NCBI GenBank assembly: GCA_030426955.1
Contig: JAUHXS010000001.1
Span: forward strand, 82,661-146,660
DNA: 64,000 nucleotides
Reading direction: 5' to 3'
DNA from: Bacteroidia bacterium
Lineage (GTDB): Bacteria > Bacteroidota > Bacteroidia > Chitinophagales > JAUHXS01
Positions 63,811 through 64,000 of this stretch are shown piece after piece (the first letter of the stretch is position 1; each line of letters starts with the position of its first letter). The translations under genes and the position numbers were made by a program. The notes beneath the pieces are model-generated. The model had not been told where the DNA came from, did not search any database, and saw nothing but the letters and a program-made list of their open reading frames with translations.

Positions 63811-64000
63811 TTATTGCAATCGAATTCCAATTAACAAGATATCGTCAATTTGATCATGATTCCCTTTCCATGAGATAAGTGCTTCTTCCAATTGTTTCTT
63901 TTGTTGCTCCATGGGAAGTTGGCTTATTTCTACTAATAGTGCTTTTAATTTTTTTGTCATGAATTTTTTGCCATTTTCTCCTCCAAACTGATCTGCATAT
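63811..64000 (-). CDS. PP2C/SpoIIE-type phosphatase domain protein, C-terminal fragment (gene starts beyond the window end)
   Basis: The reverse translation ...YADQFGGENGKKFMTKKLKALLVEISQLPMEQQKKQLEEALISWKGNHDQIDDILLIGIRLQ* is the typical C-terminal end of SpoIIE-family phosphatase domains. The stop codon is at 63811-63813. It is absent from the ORF track. Confidence 0.6.
   Translation of the reverse strand, partial: YADQFGGENGKKFMTKKLKALLVEISQLPMEQQKKQLEEALISWKGNHDQIDDILLIGIRLQ

Overview
The window looks like Bacteroidota chromosome: about 35% GC, many T9SS C-terminal sorting domains, DUF5683 beside parAB, and TAnnTTTG promoter boxes. All function calls come from motif recognition in the supplied translations. 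I ran no database search.

Most of the window is housekeeping:
- smc, parA/parB, trpS, rpsP-rimM, pcm, mutS, fabD, folE plus a queD-like gene, hldD
- futalosine-pathway mqnB and mqnD
- tRNA-Gly(GCC) and tRNA-Leu(UAA)
- at least six large T9SS-exported surface proteins
- the end of a polysaccharide-modification cluster (glycosyltransferase and two methyltransferases)

Five things are not explained by the ORF track:
1. A tandem array of three paralogous small ORFs (38, 47 and 41 aa) lies at 26896-27310. Each has a double-glycine (LxKIKGG) leader, and the array has its own terminator. No processing, export or modification gene is nearby. Two of the three fall below the ORF-track size cutoff. This is my best candidate for an undescribed system.
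2. A modular family of GTCAT...ATGAC long-hairpin repeats occurs only between genes, with about 10 full and 5 partial copies. It fills most of a 596-nt gap at 14150-14745, shows a 30-nt sub-hairpin nested inside one copy, and brackets a stand-alone GIY-YIG nuclease gene.
3. An MntA/HepT (type VII) toxin-antitoxin pair sits just after the tRNAs. The toxin carries a 1-nt insertion inside its RX4HXY catalytic motif.
4. An overlapping three-gene block encodes a T9SS cargo protein, an M23 peptidase and a T9SS-tagged PGRP-type amidase.
5. Smaller oddities: a 244-aa S16 with an acidic low-complexity tail, a membrane-anchored receiver-only response regulator, an exported protein gene inside the mqnB-mqnD operon, and -7 boxes that abut start codons.

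I saw no CRISPR array, rRNA, transposase, integrase or prophage.
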